NCBI RefSeq assembly: GCF_009914755.1
Contig: NC_060927.1
Source of the DNA: the human T2T-CHM13v2.0 reference genome, Homo sapiens
DNA: 64,000 nt
Strand: one strand, 5' to 3'
Numbering within the stretch: the stretch's first letter is position 1; each line of letters opens with the position of its first letter. The notes below the pieces were generated by a model that was not told the origin of the DNA, ran no database searches, and was given only the letters and a program-made list of their open reading frames with translations. Of the stretch, positions 1 to 13,829 are shown piece by piece. Position numbers and translations under genes: made by a program.

Positions 1-1075
1 GAAGTGGGCATTGCTTCTTCCTGGTTGCCTGGTTTCCCGATAGACTACATGTAACTAAGTGACACACTGCTTTTCTTTTGTTAGTATTTTATGTGTGGGA
101 GTATGTGACTGCGTGTGTGTGTGCCTGTGCGTGTGTGTGTATACTCAGCACATGTATGTTACTATGTGATGTGGTTTAAAACTAATGGAAAAAACTGAAA
201 GTGCCTGAAACTAGTTTTAAGCTTAGACAGAATCTCTTTAAAAAGACTTGAATGTTCAGTTGAACTTTTGGAGTTTGCTTTTTCCACCTAAATATTGTTT
301 CTAAAATTTTAGGGGCGGAGTTGAAAACCACCAATGCTGGTAATTTTATAAGGTATTTTAAAATTAAGACCTCTTGGTTCATAGTAATTCAATTGGTGAT
401 GGATTGCCTGGTGGCACCAAGGGTTACAGATCTTTTTGTCAGCCAGCAACTTACACGATGTGTCCGTTTTGTTATTCACTCATGAAATACAATTTAAAAT
501 ATTTAAAATATTTTGTATTCCAAAAATATAATACAAAGAAGTACCTCTGAGAACATTGAAAAAAATGTATAATTTGAAAAATGTAACTTATAAGGGCAGC
601 TGTCTTCCTGCAAGAGTTCTGTTGCCAAGGAATTTCTTAATGTCGCTCATTCTGTCCAGGGGGTTTGGGGCGATTGGGCTTTGAAAAAATATTCTTAAAA
701 GTTTGTTTAGCAGAAAATAATCACTTTTACATTTTGTGCAAAACATTTTACATTTTCAGATAATTTAAATGAGCACTACATACTGTCAGTGTGAATGTAG
801 GGCCTTGAAAGCATTTTGCTTTTTTTTTTTTTTTTTTTTTTTTGAGCTTGGTTATAAAAGCAATCTCCTGTGTTAAAAACGTGTGAATAGTTTGATAATT
901 TGTACACATAATCAAGAGCATCTCAGCTGGACTTTGTGTTGGCTGCTGTATAGAACATGAACAAATGTCAAGGGATAGAAAATTACTTTGGATATTTAAA
1001 AGAGAAGAAATATATAGTCTATTTGTTTTGTAACAAGTTTCTGTAAATAAAATAATTTATACTATTTATAAGAAA
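1..1075 (+). other. ATXN7: Distal 3' UTR of an upstream plus-strand gene, probably ATXN7
   Basis: AT/U-rich and free of interspersed repeats, with many TGTA motifs, poly-T at 821-843, and AATAAA at 1046-1051 followed by GT/T-rich sequence. The gene identity comes from recalled synteny (ATXN7 ends convergently just downstream of PSMD6); no ATXN7 coding sequence is in the window. Confidence 0.7.
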
Positions 1076-1159
1076 AGGTTGTGCTTTGCTTTATAAGAAA
1101 TTAGCTTGTGGAACAAACATGTTACTAAACGGGCAATAAAATTAGGACTTCTCAATAAA
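1046..1159 (+). terminator. Cluster of polyadenylation signals
   Basis: AATAAA at 1046-1051, 1135-1140 and 1154-1159; GGTTGTGCTTTGCTTT downstream element near 1077-1092. Confidence 0.7.
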
Positions 1160-2789
1160 TAAGGTTGGCTGCATGAAATATTGTACGTTTCTGCCTCGTT
1201 GTGATACTAAACCCTTTCAGTCTACTCTGACTTTTCATCACTTTTGGCATGGAACACCCTTGTGAAGCCCCTTCAATTTAGCCTTCCTCTTATATAAGCT
1301 AAATACTTCTAAGGCCTGGGGATGTTTCCATCTGGGGGCACAAAGCTTTGCTTTGGATAAATTAGTAACTGTGTAAACAGTGAACATTACTGTATTCTGG
1401 CCTTGCATGTTTGTGAAAGAAACGAGGGAGTTGATGGATTGAGAAACACATTCTATTTGTACTTAGGTGCAAATTTGATGACATGTAGTTTTGGTTTAAG
1501 ATAAGCTTTTTATCCAGACCCGGTCTAATCTCTTCCTTTCTTTTACATACCTCCCTTACTGGCAATACAAGTGCATTTTAGTATTATTTGGAACACAGCA
1601 TAATCATTTACCTCTAGAAATCCAGACATTTTTACTGTTTGCAAATAAACCATTCTGATAAATTATTTTTGTTGCTTAAAATAAGAGGAGGAACCGCTGT
1701 GTGTTAGCAAGAATGTCCATACCTGATATGAAAGAGTCATGTTGGCTTCAGTTCCTACTGCCCTGTGGACTTCCCATTCCCTCCTTACTTGAGTCAACCA
1801 TCCACTCAGTACTTTCCACAAATCTAATAATGAGGTGCTCTCTGTAGGTAAATCCTTTCACTATGGCTTGTCCTCAAACCTCCCAAGAAAAGGTTCAACT
1901 GCTCAATCTCTTAACCTTTTTAATTCCATTCCCTTGCAGGTATCCCGGCCCTGCATAACAAGATGATCCCAACTCAAGGAAAGGGGTTTAGCAGTGTTGG
2001 ATCTTGGCGTATGTGGGATTTAACCAGGCAGAAAGGCAGACAAGAGTAAGATTCTAGGCAGAGAGAGCAAATGCGTCGAGCATGGGTATGAACATGTGAG
2101 GGATAGAGAATAATTCTGCAGGAAGTTTGCTGGATGGAAGGGCCTTATAGGGTTAGAAAAGCTGGTGTCAGATTGTCAAGGACTTTGAATGTCATGGGGC
2201 TTCTCTTCCAGGAACACATGGGATCAGGCTTAGATTAACCCAAATGTAATTGTCAGAGCCCAGAGATATTTCATGGTCCAGTCCTAGCACTGTGCAGCTG
2301 CCAAAAGTCAAAGCCATTCAAATCTGTACTGAAAACTGTGGAAAAGCAAAGGAGCACTTAAGTCTCTTTCCCCATGTCTTGCATTCTCACTCTCTTTTGC
2401 TTCAAAGATCTGTCTTTACCTGCCCCTGTCCCCAGTCCTAACAAAAAGCACTCCCCTAAATCAACTCTTAAGTTCCTCTCCCTTCTCACTCCTTTCTTAG
2501 TCTCCTCTTTCTGTAAGAAGTTCTTGCTCCTGTTGTTAATGGAAGTTAATTAAAGTAGTATTTCACCTTGTAAGGCTGTAATTCTTGGCACTTGTTATCC
2601 TCATTTTCTACATCCAAAGACCATGGACCAGAATATCTCTTAGGAGGTAAGGGAGAGTGAGGCTATCAGCCAAAGAAAAAGTCTCCAGGGGGAAGGGGAG
2701 AATCACTTATAATTTAATACTTTGTGGAAAAAACATCTCTGCCACCTATGGCCCTCCAATAACAATGGAAGACAGAATCAACAGGTGAG

Positions 2790-3230
2790 AACCTTGGGAC
2801 AAAAATAAGTTACAAAGCTGTTGTAATCCAGGTAAGAGCTATTAAGTTTCCAAACGAAGGCTGACTGTGAGGATAAGTGATACTGATTTCAGAAATCTTT
2901 AAAAAGTAGAACCAACAAGCCTTGAGGTCTAACTCTGTTCAACATTAAAGGGAAGAGTGAGTCTAAGAAGACTTCAGGTTTCTAGCTTGGCCAAACCAAT
3001 TGAGCTTTAAGTGAAATGTGCGATATGGTAACAGAGAAGGAAAAAGACATAACGATAGATTTGAGCTGCTGGTGGGAAATTCTGGTTTAGTGCCCAGCTG
3101 GCTGTACAGGCTGGTTGGACTTTAGGAGGGAGGTTTGAGCTGGAAAATAAAGATGGAGAGTTGTCTTTCAGTTTTAGATCATCAGTGAGGTCATAAGGGT
3201 AGATGGAGTTTACCTGGGAAAATTAAGTAG
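2790..3230 (-). mobile_element. L2 fragment
   Basis: Motifs such as GTTGTAATCCAGGTAAGAG, CAGGTTTCTAGCTTGG and TTTGAGCTGCTGGTGGGA match antisense L2; bounds approximate. Confidence 0.55.
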
Positions 3231-3274
3231 CTATTCGATTTGGCTTATTATTATGTTAAAATAATACTTCTCTA

Positions 3275-3480
3275 GTGAAGTACTTAATATGCCAGATACT
3301 GTGCCAAGCATTTTATATACATCCTCTCTTTTACTAAGCCCTCATAGGGCAGGTATTTTGATTCCAATCATACTGATTGGAACTCCTAAGAAGGTATCTT
3401 GCTTAAGGTCCCACAACGAATAGGTGGCAGATCCAGGGTAATTCAGGTCTGTCAGAACAGTGATTCTTAATTTTTTCCCT
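3275..3480 (-). mobile_element. MIR SINE
   Basis: TACTTAATATGCCAGATACTGTGCCAAGCATTTT...CTTAAGGTCCCACAAC resembles the MIR core. Confidence 0.55.
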
Positions 3481-4178
3481 CCTCAGACTCCAGGAGTCAC
3501 ATGAAGTTATGCATCCTGTCTGACCGAGGCACAGGCACACCACATTTTTATATTCCGCTTCCAGGATATCACAAACCTGAAGCCCATCCTCCATGGCCCA
3601 GAGAGAAAACCCAGGACAAAACCTTGGAGAAGACTATTTTCATGAAGACAAATGGAGAAGGAGCAGTAGAGTAAAAAGAGAGGTAAGGGAAGGCATTGAG
3701 ATGGTTTACAGGGTTAGATGTTTTGAGTCAATCCCATTATAATTACCAATGCTATCTACCTATTTAGTTAACGTTTTATTGCCCTGCTGTTTTCTCCAGG
3801 ATAATTGGAACAGCATGTATTGGTTGGGTGGAAAAGATAGAACTTGAGCAGGGAGATTGCCAAAGAGTGAAGATGTGGCTGAGTGATTGATGATGGTCTG
3901 AACTGGGTATTCAGGGAAGAGAACTAGAAGCCAACCATGTAGAATCTATGCAGGTGCTCTTAAGACATTGGTTTGACTGGAATTATCTTCTTGTTAGGTC
4001 TTAGGAATCTCCTTCCAGGTAACTTTTTCTATGATTAGACAATTGATTTGTTCAGGGTCACAGAGCAAAGTCCACATTTAATTCCACATGGCCAATAAAA
4101 GTGAGGGGCTACAAGGTGAGATCCAGGGGCCAGAGTTATCAAAGTGATACAGCACTTTTAGGAATAGGACAGGGAATG

Positions 4179-4272
4179 GAGGAATTGGAATTCCAGTATT
4201 ACTTTCAAAAGCAGAACTGGCCAGAGGAATTGGAATTCCAGTATTATTTTCAAAAGCAGAACTGGCCAGAGG
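4179..4272. repeat. 45-bp tandem duplication (2 copies, 1 mismatch)
   Basis: GAGGAATTGGAATTCCAGTATTA[C/T]TTTCAAAAGCAGAACTGGCCA at 4179-4223 and 4224-4268. Confidence 0.95.
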
Positions 4273-6051
4273 TGCTTGTGATTCCTGGGTGGAAACCATG
4301 GCAGTGGACAGAAGCAGCATGGAGGAAAAGAGCACTGGAATTCAGGCTGAGGAACTGTGAAGCCAAGGGTGTTGTATAGGTTGTCCATTTCAAATTAGGG
4401 TTGCTTGGTTCTGGGATGATTTGCATGGAAGAGGGGAGAGTGACTTGGAGATGTGTGATTGAGGACAGTGAGCACAGTGAGTTGATGGTGTTGCTGGGTT
4501 ATAAGCAGCTTCAAAGAGAAGGCATTTTGAATGAAGGTGGAAACATAATGGCCAGGAGAACAAGCAAAGGACTAGGAAACAGTGAACTTCATCTTGGCCT
4601 CAAGTTCCTGAGGTGCATATGAATAAACAGTCTCTAACCCAGAGGGTTTCAAGAAAAGCAGAGTCCTCAAAATCCAAAGGTAGAGTTTCCCCACATTGAT
4701 ATTATACTAATTACACGTATAACAGTACTTTGGAAAAGCACAGGTCTCTGGTCACCTCTAAAAGGCAAGGTTGGTAAGGAGGTCAGGGTGTCACCTGTTG
4801 GTAGTCTTAACTAAATGGTCTCTTCAAGGGATCTAAGGATGGAAAGGGGATATATAATGGTTGGATTAAAGGCTCATCATTGATTAGCAAATTGTCCCTT
4901 TTGTTTCTTAAACCCAATTTGTACAGGGAAAGTTATGCCACTGTAAGATATTTTTAAATGGGGAAAAAAAAAAAAAAAAAAAAAAAGGTTATACCCTTTG
5001 ACCATGTATGTCAAGGTTAAAATGGCCTGGATCAGATTGCTACAAATTCCTGATAGCCTTTGTATTCCTTCAGAAACACAAGCATAATGCAAATCTGTGG
5101 CTCTACAGCTTTGAAACCAAAACTAGTGATTATCAGAGCTTTTCATGTTATCCAGATGGGGATTTTACCCCACTCCCCCATTGCCATTGTGGAGGCACAG
5201 GTTTGTTACCAGCAACTACAAGTTTATGTAGCATTGGGAAGGTCAGGGATTATCATAGTTCCCTCCACGCTTTTTCCCCCATAATCATGGGGGCAGATAT
5301 TTCAGCTGTCAGCTGTTCATCTTAAAAACATTAGGTTAACAGCAGCACCAAGGACTAATTCAGAATATGAAATTACAGAAATGATTTGCTAATGATTTAG
5401 TAGCCTTTTATCAGTTAATGTTTGGTCAGGTTATAAAAGACCAAATGTGTTCAGTCACAAAATCCTAAGTGTATTGAGTATTGCATGCTTAGTGATCAAG
5501 TTGTAGGCATCCTTCTAGCCATCTGGGGCAGGTAAAAGTTGGGTGCTTAACAAAAGTGGTTTTTACACTGTTTCTGTCCTAAGAGACACTGTTTTTTAAT
5601 AGCTTAAAAATTGACCTAAAGCTGTTATTTCTAATACAGGAAATAGATTACCATAATTTGACATAGCTTTAAAATATTTAGCTCTTACTCGATAGATTTG
5701 CTATAAAATCAACTTTTACTGAGGTAAGAGAAACTGGCATTTCTGCTTTAAAAATAATCACAAAAGATAGTTTATCCTGGCGATATCATTTCACACTAGG
5801 ATAGTTACTTTTGACTGAAACCAGGGTTAAAAATAAGATTGTTTCCCACTTCAAAAGAAAACATTTACCAACATGAAAAAGGAACTATGTATAACTGTTT
5901 TAGCATCATTTCATAATCTTATTTTCATATTGTGAAGTAACCTTCTTGAATAAAAGCAGAAAATTAAGACTTTCAGAAAACAAGCTGTACCAGTTAAAGC
6001 TACTAGAGACAGGATAAAGGTTAGGAATTCTTTGGATAGTTTCTCCTAGCT

Positions 6052-6234
6052 CAAGCTTGTCCAACCCAGAGCCCACAACAGCTTTGAATGTGGCCCAACA
6101 CACATTTGTAAGTTTTCTTAAAACATTATGAGCTGTTTTGTTTTGAGCTCATCAGCTATCCTTAGCGTATTTTGTGTCACCCAAGACAATTCTTCCAGTG
6201 TGGCCCAGGGAAGCCAAAAGATGGGACACCCCTG
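6052..6234. mobile_element. MER30-like hAT-Charlie MITE
   Basis: Termini CAAGCTTGTCCAA...GGACACCCCTG; internal GCTTTGAATGTGGCCCAACAC and GTGTGGCCCAGGGAAGCCAAAAGA; degenerate 8-bp TSD TCCTAGCT/TCTTAGTT. Confidence 0.8.
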
Positions 6235-7149
6235 TCTTAGTTGATTAACACAGGAGGCTGTTAACCATCAACCTCACATGCACAATATTGGGGGTAGTGC
6301 AGGGATAACAAGCTCAAATGCCAGCAGGGGCCAGGCAGACAGGCAGTGTATATGAACAGACTGGGTGGACTGGGGCACACTGGAAAACACGCTATGCTTG
6401 TCGCTCAGCTTATTGGAGCGTGAGTCCAGATTTAGCTTCACCTGTCCTTTTTCCAGAGAAGCTAGATATGTGGTTTTTAAACTGTCAACTTTTACGTGGT
6501 AACTATAAATTTTTTTCTTGGAAAAGTATTTAGGGTGTGTCAATTGCCGCCTGTGGGTGAACAACTGCAACTCTGTAGCATTCAGAAGCCACCTTTGCAT
6601 TCCTGACTAGCTTTGGTTTTCTGTAGAAAACCAAAAAGCTGAGGTTTTTTTCCTTTAAGAAATGTTTTCTAGATAAGCATTTTTAGAAATTCATAGGTGG
6701 ATATTCTCAAATACATTAGGCATAGTCAGCATTTTAAAAGCCTCCCCTCCACAATACAGTGCCTACAGGAAACTCCTTTCAAAACAGAGATCTAGCCACA
6801 TTGCTTTCCTTGGCATACAACCAATGGCTCTTCTTCCAGCGATGAGAGCTGCTGTCTTCACTTTTAAGATAATGCTTCTAATATTTTGCCATTAATTACC
6901 TTGTGATAGGGCTTTGATATCCCAACCTATTATTCATAGTCTACTGAAGAGTTTTTTTATCATGAAGAAATGTTGAATTATATCAAATTATTTTCAATCA
7001 AATGAGATCATGTTAACAGGAGTATGTTATTCCTGTTAGGAATTCCATATTAGGAATATGTTATTCCTAATATGTTAACAGGAATCATTCCCATCAGTAA
7101 ATGTTATTTAAAGCAAAAAAACTCAAAACTCTTCTTTCCTTCCCTTGCC

Positions 7150-7680
7150 TTTTACAGTAAAATGCCATTTCCCATTCTCTTCTGAACTCACCTCTACCAA
7201 AACTGCTCATTAAGGTCACTAGCTGTCTTTCACTTAAGCCAAAAAGCCTAGGATCTCCTCTGACAAATTTTCTCCCCCTCATCCTCCTCACCCCATTCTT
7301 CAATCTTTTAGCAAATCCAGCTGCCTGTACAATCCATGCCACCGAATGCCGTAAGTGAGACGTAAAAGGTAAGCCAAATCCGCACTTAAAATTGCCAGTG
7401 ACTTTCCTCGTCTTTCTTCCCTCCATACGTTCATGGGCTCTCCCTCCTTTTCACTTAAATGTCACCTTACCATAGAAGCCTTCCACAACACCTCAGAAGA
7501 CGGCCTATACCCTGTATCTCTATCTATCTATCTATCTATCTGTCTGTCTATCTGGTTTTATACTTCTTATAGCACTTATTCCTATCTGACACACTGAATA
7601 AAACTGATAAAACTAATAAACTGTTTCAAACAAACAGAGGAACAACTTTGTTTTCCTCACTGCTATTATTACTATGGTCC
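7150..7680 (+). mobile_element. L2 fragments with an embedded (TATC)n microsatellite at ~7516-7553
   Basis: CTGCTCATTAAGGTCACTAG, TTAAATGTCACCTT and TAGCACTTATT are L2 motifs. Confidence 0.5.
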
Positions 7681-8186
7681 TACTTTTGGAAAAAAGATTC
7701 AGTTTGCTAATAAATACTTACATATAAGGTTTTAGAAAACTGAGATCAGCCTTGGTAGATTCTGTAATCCAGGTTATGTCAGCTTCCTAAAAAAGAGTAA
7801 CTTCCTGCCTTATATGGTTACTTGTTTCTGAGGGAAAGCTTATTACACATTTTCTTTATCTTCTATCTTTTGTATACTAAAAGTGGGAGACACTGTTTGT
7901 TTAATTTTAGGCCACTACTCTTCTTTCTAAAATCGGGAAGCTTACAGGTAAGAGATTTAAAGGTAAGCGATAATGGGCTGTGTCAACATCCGTATTTTAC
8001 TGACGTATTTTACTGATGAGGCAGTCAGGAGCTGAACCTAGCTGAACCCAGCTGCAACCTTACCCTATAAACCAGATTTTCATTAATGAATAATTCAAGT
8101 GACATTATTTTAACATAAGTGGACCCGATTCTAGAAGGCCTATGTGTTTAAGAAAAAAATAAATGGAAAGAAACAACAATGCAGTA

Positions 8187-8192
8187 TTTATT
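8187..8192 (-). terminator. PSMD6: PSMD6 polyadenylation signal
   Basis: AATAAA on the minus strand ~90 nt after the stop codon, followed by T-rich downstream sequence. Confidence 0.85.
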
Positions 8193-8282
8193 TTATACAG
8201 CTGACCTGGGCACATTGTGAAGTAAGCTATAAAAATTCCAAATAATTATCTCTAAAGCAAATCCTTTGTTAGTTACATGGCT

Positions 8283-8417
<135 letters not shown>

Positions 8418-8473
8418 TCACATTATTCCATGACAATAGTTGACCTACTTTTAAAATTTAGGAATGCCCCTTA

Positions 8474-8575
<102 letters not shown>

Positions 8576-9939
8576 TTAGAGACAAAAAATAACAGAATTA
8601 GCTTTATAGAAAATTCTTAGAAAAATGCAAACGGCATTAAAATACTGTCTTAAATTTGTAACAAACATTTAGCTTCCCTTCAAGCTTGTTATTGCACATG
8701 CAGTAGTTGACGTTGTCCCTCCTATACTGCAGGCTTTAAGTCATCATCTACTAGAATAAACATGATCCTAGAAGTTCATATTCAGATAGATAGAAAGTAG
8801 ATCAAACAATGAAACCATATGTACTCAGAGAAAAACTGTAGGTTAGGAAAAATTAGGGACCAAAACTGATAAAAACAGTAAACTGTTTCAAACAAAAGAC
8901 CTAAAACAAAATTATGGAACACAGCCCATCAGTAAACATGTCAACAGCAATAGTATTAACATGTCAACAGCAATAGTATTTACTAAAACAACGACCCTTT
9001 CCCTCTCTAACATATCTTAGTCTAAACAAGTGGAAGGGAAGGGGAGAAATGATGTAGAATTATTGCTTTGCCCATTTTAAAAAAGGGGATTTCATCTAAA
9101 ATGTAACTTTTTAAGGGAGAAAAAAAGAATAAAGAATCCATGACAACCCAGATTTGAAATTCTTAGGTATCACAGAAATTTAAAACAAGGCCTTTTTAGG
9201 TAACAACAACTAGAGCTCAGTGGTACAACCTTTGCCTCTCAAGCTGGTCTTAGAACATGAAGGGAAAAAAAAAAAACTGAACAAATACTACCTGAATTCA
9301 ACTACTACCTGAAAGGTACCAGCTGCCTTGCATTCACTTGTCATCAAGATGACTTAAGGAATACTGCGGTGTGTGCCCCTAACTAATGAAGGCTTTATCT
9401 CCACATTACAGTTACGATACTGAAGAGACGTAACCTGACCAAGGCCACAGAGCTGGAAAAAGAAGCAAAGCCAAGCCGTTTTTCTCATGCACTGCTCACA
9501 ACAAGCCCCTCCTTCCACTGACTCATGAAAAACACACTCATAATGCCCAGCCCGCACCCTAATGAACAGCCCTCTTAAGAGTGGTCATCAGACTTCAATT
9601 TCACAGACTAGAATTGAGAAATGGAACAAAACCTTGGGATACCAGCCTTCCATTTTGGTAGGGATCATTTAAAAAATGGTAGGGATCATTTAAAAAATGT
9701 GTTGGTGTCTGAAACTTACTTTGAAGTGGTTAAAAAACATAAAATGTATAGATTGTAACAAGCAAATATGTTAAAATGTACTGTACAATTCTTTCTTTAC
9801 AATTTTATGGATGTTCGAAATTTAAAAAATACTAGAAAGAGAATGGTCTTATTTAAAAGAAATGCATCTTCATTTAAAGTTTCCACTGCAGACCATTGAA
9901 AACACCATCATCAACATTTAAAAACACCTACATGTGGGA

Positions 9940-10610
9940 GCCACTGATCTAGATGCCATCTGGACATCCCATATTGAGTATGTCTCCTACCCAACTCTAC
10001 TCTCACCACCCTCGTCCACGCCACGGTAACATCTCCTCTAAGAGCTACTAAACAGCACAACTGGTCCTCTCTGCCACCTTACTCTATTTCTTATATAAAG
10101 ACACTGCATAGGACCATGTAACTTGGGCTCTAAATCTTCCAATGGCTCCCTATCAAACTTACTTAAAACTCAAGCTCCATCCCATGACCTACAAGGCCCT
10201 ACACAAATCATTACCTACCTAACTCTCCATATATTATCCTCAAAATCTCCTACCACTCCAACTATGCTGGAGCCACCCTGACATTTTCTGTTCCTACAAC
10301 ATCCAAGCTTATTCCTGGCTCAAAGCCTTAGCCTTTTCTATTCCCTTTTCTGCACGCAGAAGGACTCCATATGGCTGACTCCTCTCAATTCAAATCTCAG
10401 AGCAAACCTCACCTCCTTAAGCATGCCGTACGTAAGGATAGCATTTTCTCATCTCCATAGGTTCATTTCTATATGTGAAATTACGTTTTATATTTATTTG
10501 CTTCCTTGCCATCTCTTCCCTACTACTACAATGAAAGTGTGAAAAGGGAGCTGTAAAACAATACCAAACATATAGTAATGAATGGCTCATTAAGTATTTA
10601 TTTGTTTAAT
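9940..10610 (+). mobile_element. L2 3' portion in PSMD6 intron 6
   Basis: CTTCCAATGGCTCCC, CCTACAAGGCCCTACA and CCTCACCTCCTT motifs plus an L2-type 3' end. Confidence 0.65.
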
Positions 10611-11052
10611 CACTGATGCAAGTACTAAAAGTCCCACATTTAACAACCAATCTGACCAGAATTGCAGCAGCAACCTAAAAACTGGAAGGAATTATCAGAG
10701 GGAATATGACCAACTGTAAATATCAGATCTAAGAGTCATTACCGTAGCTGCAGTGTGGTCTACAAAGAAGTAACAGAAGACAACTTTTGATAACAACTGG
10801 TCTAATGACCTTTAACAAATCACTTAGCCTCACTACAACTCATCTTCCCATCTGTTAATGCAAGGGGCAGACATGACATGAGGAAGGCAGAGGCAACAGG
10901 ATACGAATGTTTTGATAATACTGAGGAAAAAAACCTCTCCCCTCCCCGTTAAGATTGAGGGAACCAATGTAAACAAGTAAAAAATTGTACAAGTTCACAT
11001 ATTTTAAAAGGCAACTTTAAAACTTCAATTAACATGGCATTATTCAAACTTA

Positions 11053-11244
<192 letters not shown>

Positions 11245-11859
11245 TTATAATAGACTCTCCGTTTCAGATAAAAAGATTAAAAACTAAAGCAACACTACTA
11301 GTTGAGTCCAACAGATAGATGAACAAGTATCAAATTTCTCACTGCCCTTCCACATCATGTCATCAACAATGGCAGCAACAGCAGTGATAAAGGAGGGGCC
11401 AGGTATGCAAACATCGTCTTCAAGTAACAGGTGGCTATTTGACATCACTATCAGAGCTCAGCTTCTAAAGGAACTTGTTCATAGATGACAAAGTTCACGT
11501 ACTAATATTTTAACCACGGAGAACTTCTTATGCCTTAAGTAAAATAAAGTAAAAATCATTTTTTAAACAATTCTAACAGAGAAACAGCAGGTACAGTGAA
11601 AAACGATTTATACAGACCAGAAAAAAGGTATAAATCAGACATTTTCAAAAAGCAACAAAACTCAGAAGAAAGCAAAGACTGATGACTCCTATTGCCTGTT
11701 TATTTGTTCACGTAAATAGTCTACGTAAGAAAACACTATGAACAAGGTTTGAAGACAAATGATAAACTAGAAAATTTATAACGATGAGTTAATGGCCTTA
11801 ATCCAGAAGAGATCCTTAGAAGACAGTAAAATGTACGTAGAGTATTAATGAGCAATCCA

Positions 11860-12710
11860 CACAAATATAAATTATTTTACTGAATAACTCCTGTATATCA
11901 CTACTCTAGATAGTTATATGGCAGTGAACCAGAAGACAAGACCCTTGCTGCCACAAAAACTAAATTTTCAAAGGGCAGAGACAGATGAACAAATATACAA
12001 GATAAATCCTGTGAAGAAAATAAAAGTAACATGATAGAGTGACTAGGAAGCCCTCCACTGGATTGGGGTGGACAGGGAATACCTCTCTCAGGGGCTGGCT
12101 AAGCACAGAGCAATGTAAATGATACAAAAGTCTGAAGGCAGGAAAAGCATGGTTAAGCCCAGGAACAGAAAGGATGCCAGACTCAGAATGCAAGCAGGAA
12201 GACAGCAACAGGTATATAGAAGGTGAGCAAGAAAAGAGACTCTAGAGTATACTTATGTTTGTGGTTTCAACAAGATGGAAATCCCTGGAGAAGGAGAATA
12301 TTTGTTTTTAGTGTTGGGGGTGAGGGTGGGATTCAAGCATACTTTGGCAGTGTTCAAGTGGATATGCCTATTAAACAGCCAAGTGAGGACACTAAGGAGG
12401 CATTGAGGCATGAGTCTGGTGCTCCAGTTTGGGGCTGGCGACATGAATTTGTCCATCACTGCCATCCAAATGTATCTGATGGCACAAAGTGAAGATAAGA
12501 AACAAGGGCAATAACCCAGTCTAAGGCAGTCAGACACTGAGAGGTCTAACAGTGGATGAGGAGGTAGGTCCAGAGAAAACAAGAGCACGTTACTGCAGAA
12601 CCAAGAGAAAGCTGTGGTGAGAAGCAAAGGATGGTCAACATCAAGGCAGATAAAGATAAGCAAGGGAACACATGATTTAGCAACATGGAGATCAATGGCC
12701 ACTAACCATG
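11860..12710 (-). mobile_element. L2 element in PSMD6 intron 5
   Basis: GATATGCCTATTAAACAGCCAAGTG, TGGTCAACATCAA and GATTTAGCAACATGGAGATCA match antisense L2. Confidence 0.7.
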
Positions 12711-12719
12711 AGATGGTGC

Positions 12720-13480
12720 GTATTCTCACTAATAAGAGAAATGCATAAAACATCAATAAAATTATTTCTGTCCTCTCAGACTGGCAAAGAGTATGGAGAG
12801 GGTGGGACAGGTTCTCTCAAATGCTATAGATTGAGAGAAGTATAAATTGTGTAAATGTAAACTGACATATCTCTGGAGGGCAACAGTGGTCAAGACACAA
12901 TATATTTAACCTTTGGAAAGTTCAATTTTTTAGACTTTTTCCCCAAGGAAATAACAAGTGGGAAAGATAAATTGTTGGAGTGTTCAAAACAGGGTTGCTT
13001 ATAATAGGGCAAAACTGGAAACGACCTCGTTTTCTATCAGTAGAGGATAAATTATGGCATAGCCAATACATTGAAATACTAGGAAGTCCTTAAGAAAGGA
13101 TAACCTGAAGCTCCTAGGAACACTACCTGTTCAATTTGCTGCTATTCTCAATGTTAGTACACGATAGCCACTCAAAAACACTTACTGACTAAATGACCAA
13201 CTATATGTATAGTGACATGAAAAGATATACACGTTACTTGTGAAGAGAAAAAAAGGTACTTACAAAACAGCATATAAAATACATCCACAATACACAAAAG
13301 TGTTACATGCTCTTATCTCTGGATAACAGTGCCCCTGAAGGACACACTGGAAAACCTGATTAACAGCAGTTGCCTCTAGAGAAAGGACACTGGTGATCAG
13401 ATATTAAAGAAAGCCTTTTTCTTCTTTATATGATACTGTTTACAACTGTTCCATGTGTACATATAACTTCGGTTTTTAAA
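12720..13480 (+). mobile_element. Old L1 (L1ME-like) 3' fragment
   Basis: ATAATAGGGCAAAACTGGAAACGACCT and ATAAATTATGGCATA motifs. Confidence 0.5.
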
Positions 13481-13521
13481 TGTTTTTTCTTTTTTAAAGT
13501 GCATATAATAAACGAGTAAAA

Positions 13522-13829
13522 GGCCGGGCGCGGTGGCTCACGTCTATAATCCTGCACTTTGAGAGGCTGAGGCGGGCGGATCGTGAGGTCAGGAGATCAA
13601 GACGATCCTGGCTAACACAGTGAAACCCTGTCTCTACTAAAAATACAAAAAATTAGCCGGGCATGGTGGCGGGCGCCTGTAATCCCAGCTGCTCAGGAGG
13701 CTGAGGCAGGAGAACGGCATGAACCCGGGAGGCGGAGCTTGCAATGAGCCAAGGTCATGTCACTGCACTCCAGCCTGGGCGACAGAGTGAGACTCTGTCT
13801 CAAATAAATAAATAAATAAATAAATAAAA
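13522..13829 (+). mobile_element. AluY-like SINE
   Basis: GGCCGGGCGCGGTGGCTCAC start; Y-type GAGATC..ATCCTGGCTAACAC and GGCGGAGCTTGCA; (AAAT)n tail. Confidence 0.92.

Noticed and set aside
121-207. miR-124 sites in the putative ATXN7 UTR
   Set aside because: Only GTGCCTG is present, not the full GTGCCTT seed match.
4101-4379. ORF with the repeated peptide EELEFQYYFQKQNWP
   Set aside because: By-product of a 45-bp DNA duplication; non-ATG start and no gene context.
12253-12756. 167-aa hydrophobic ORF
   Set aside because: Lies within a degenerate L2 element.
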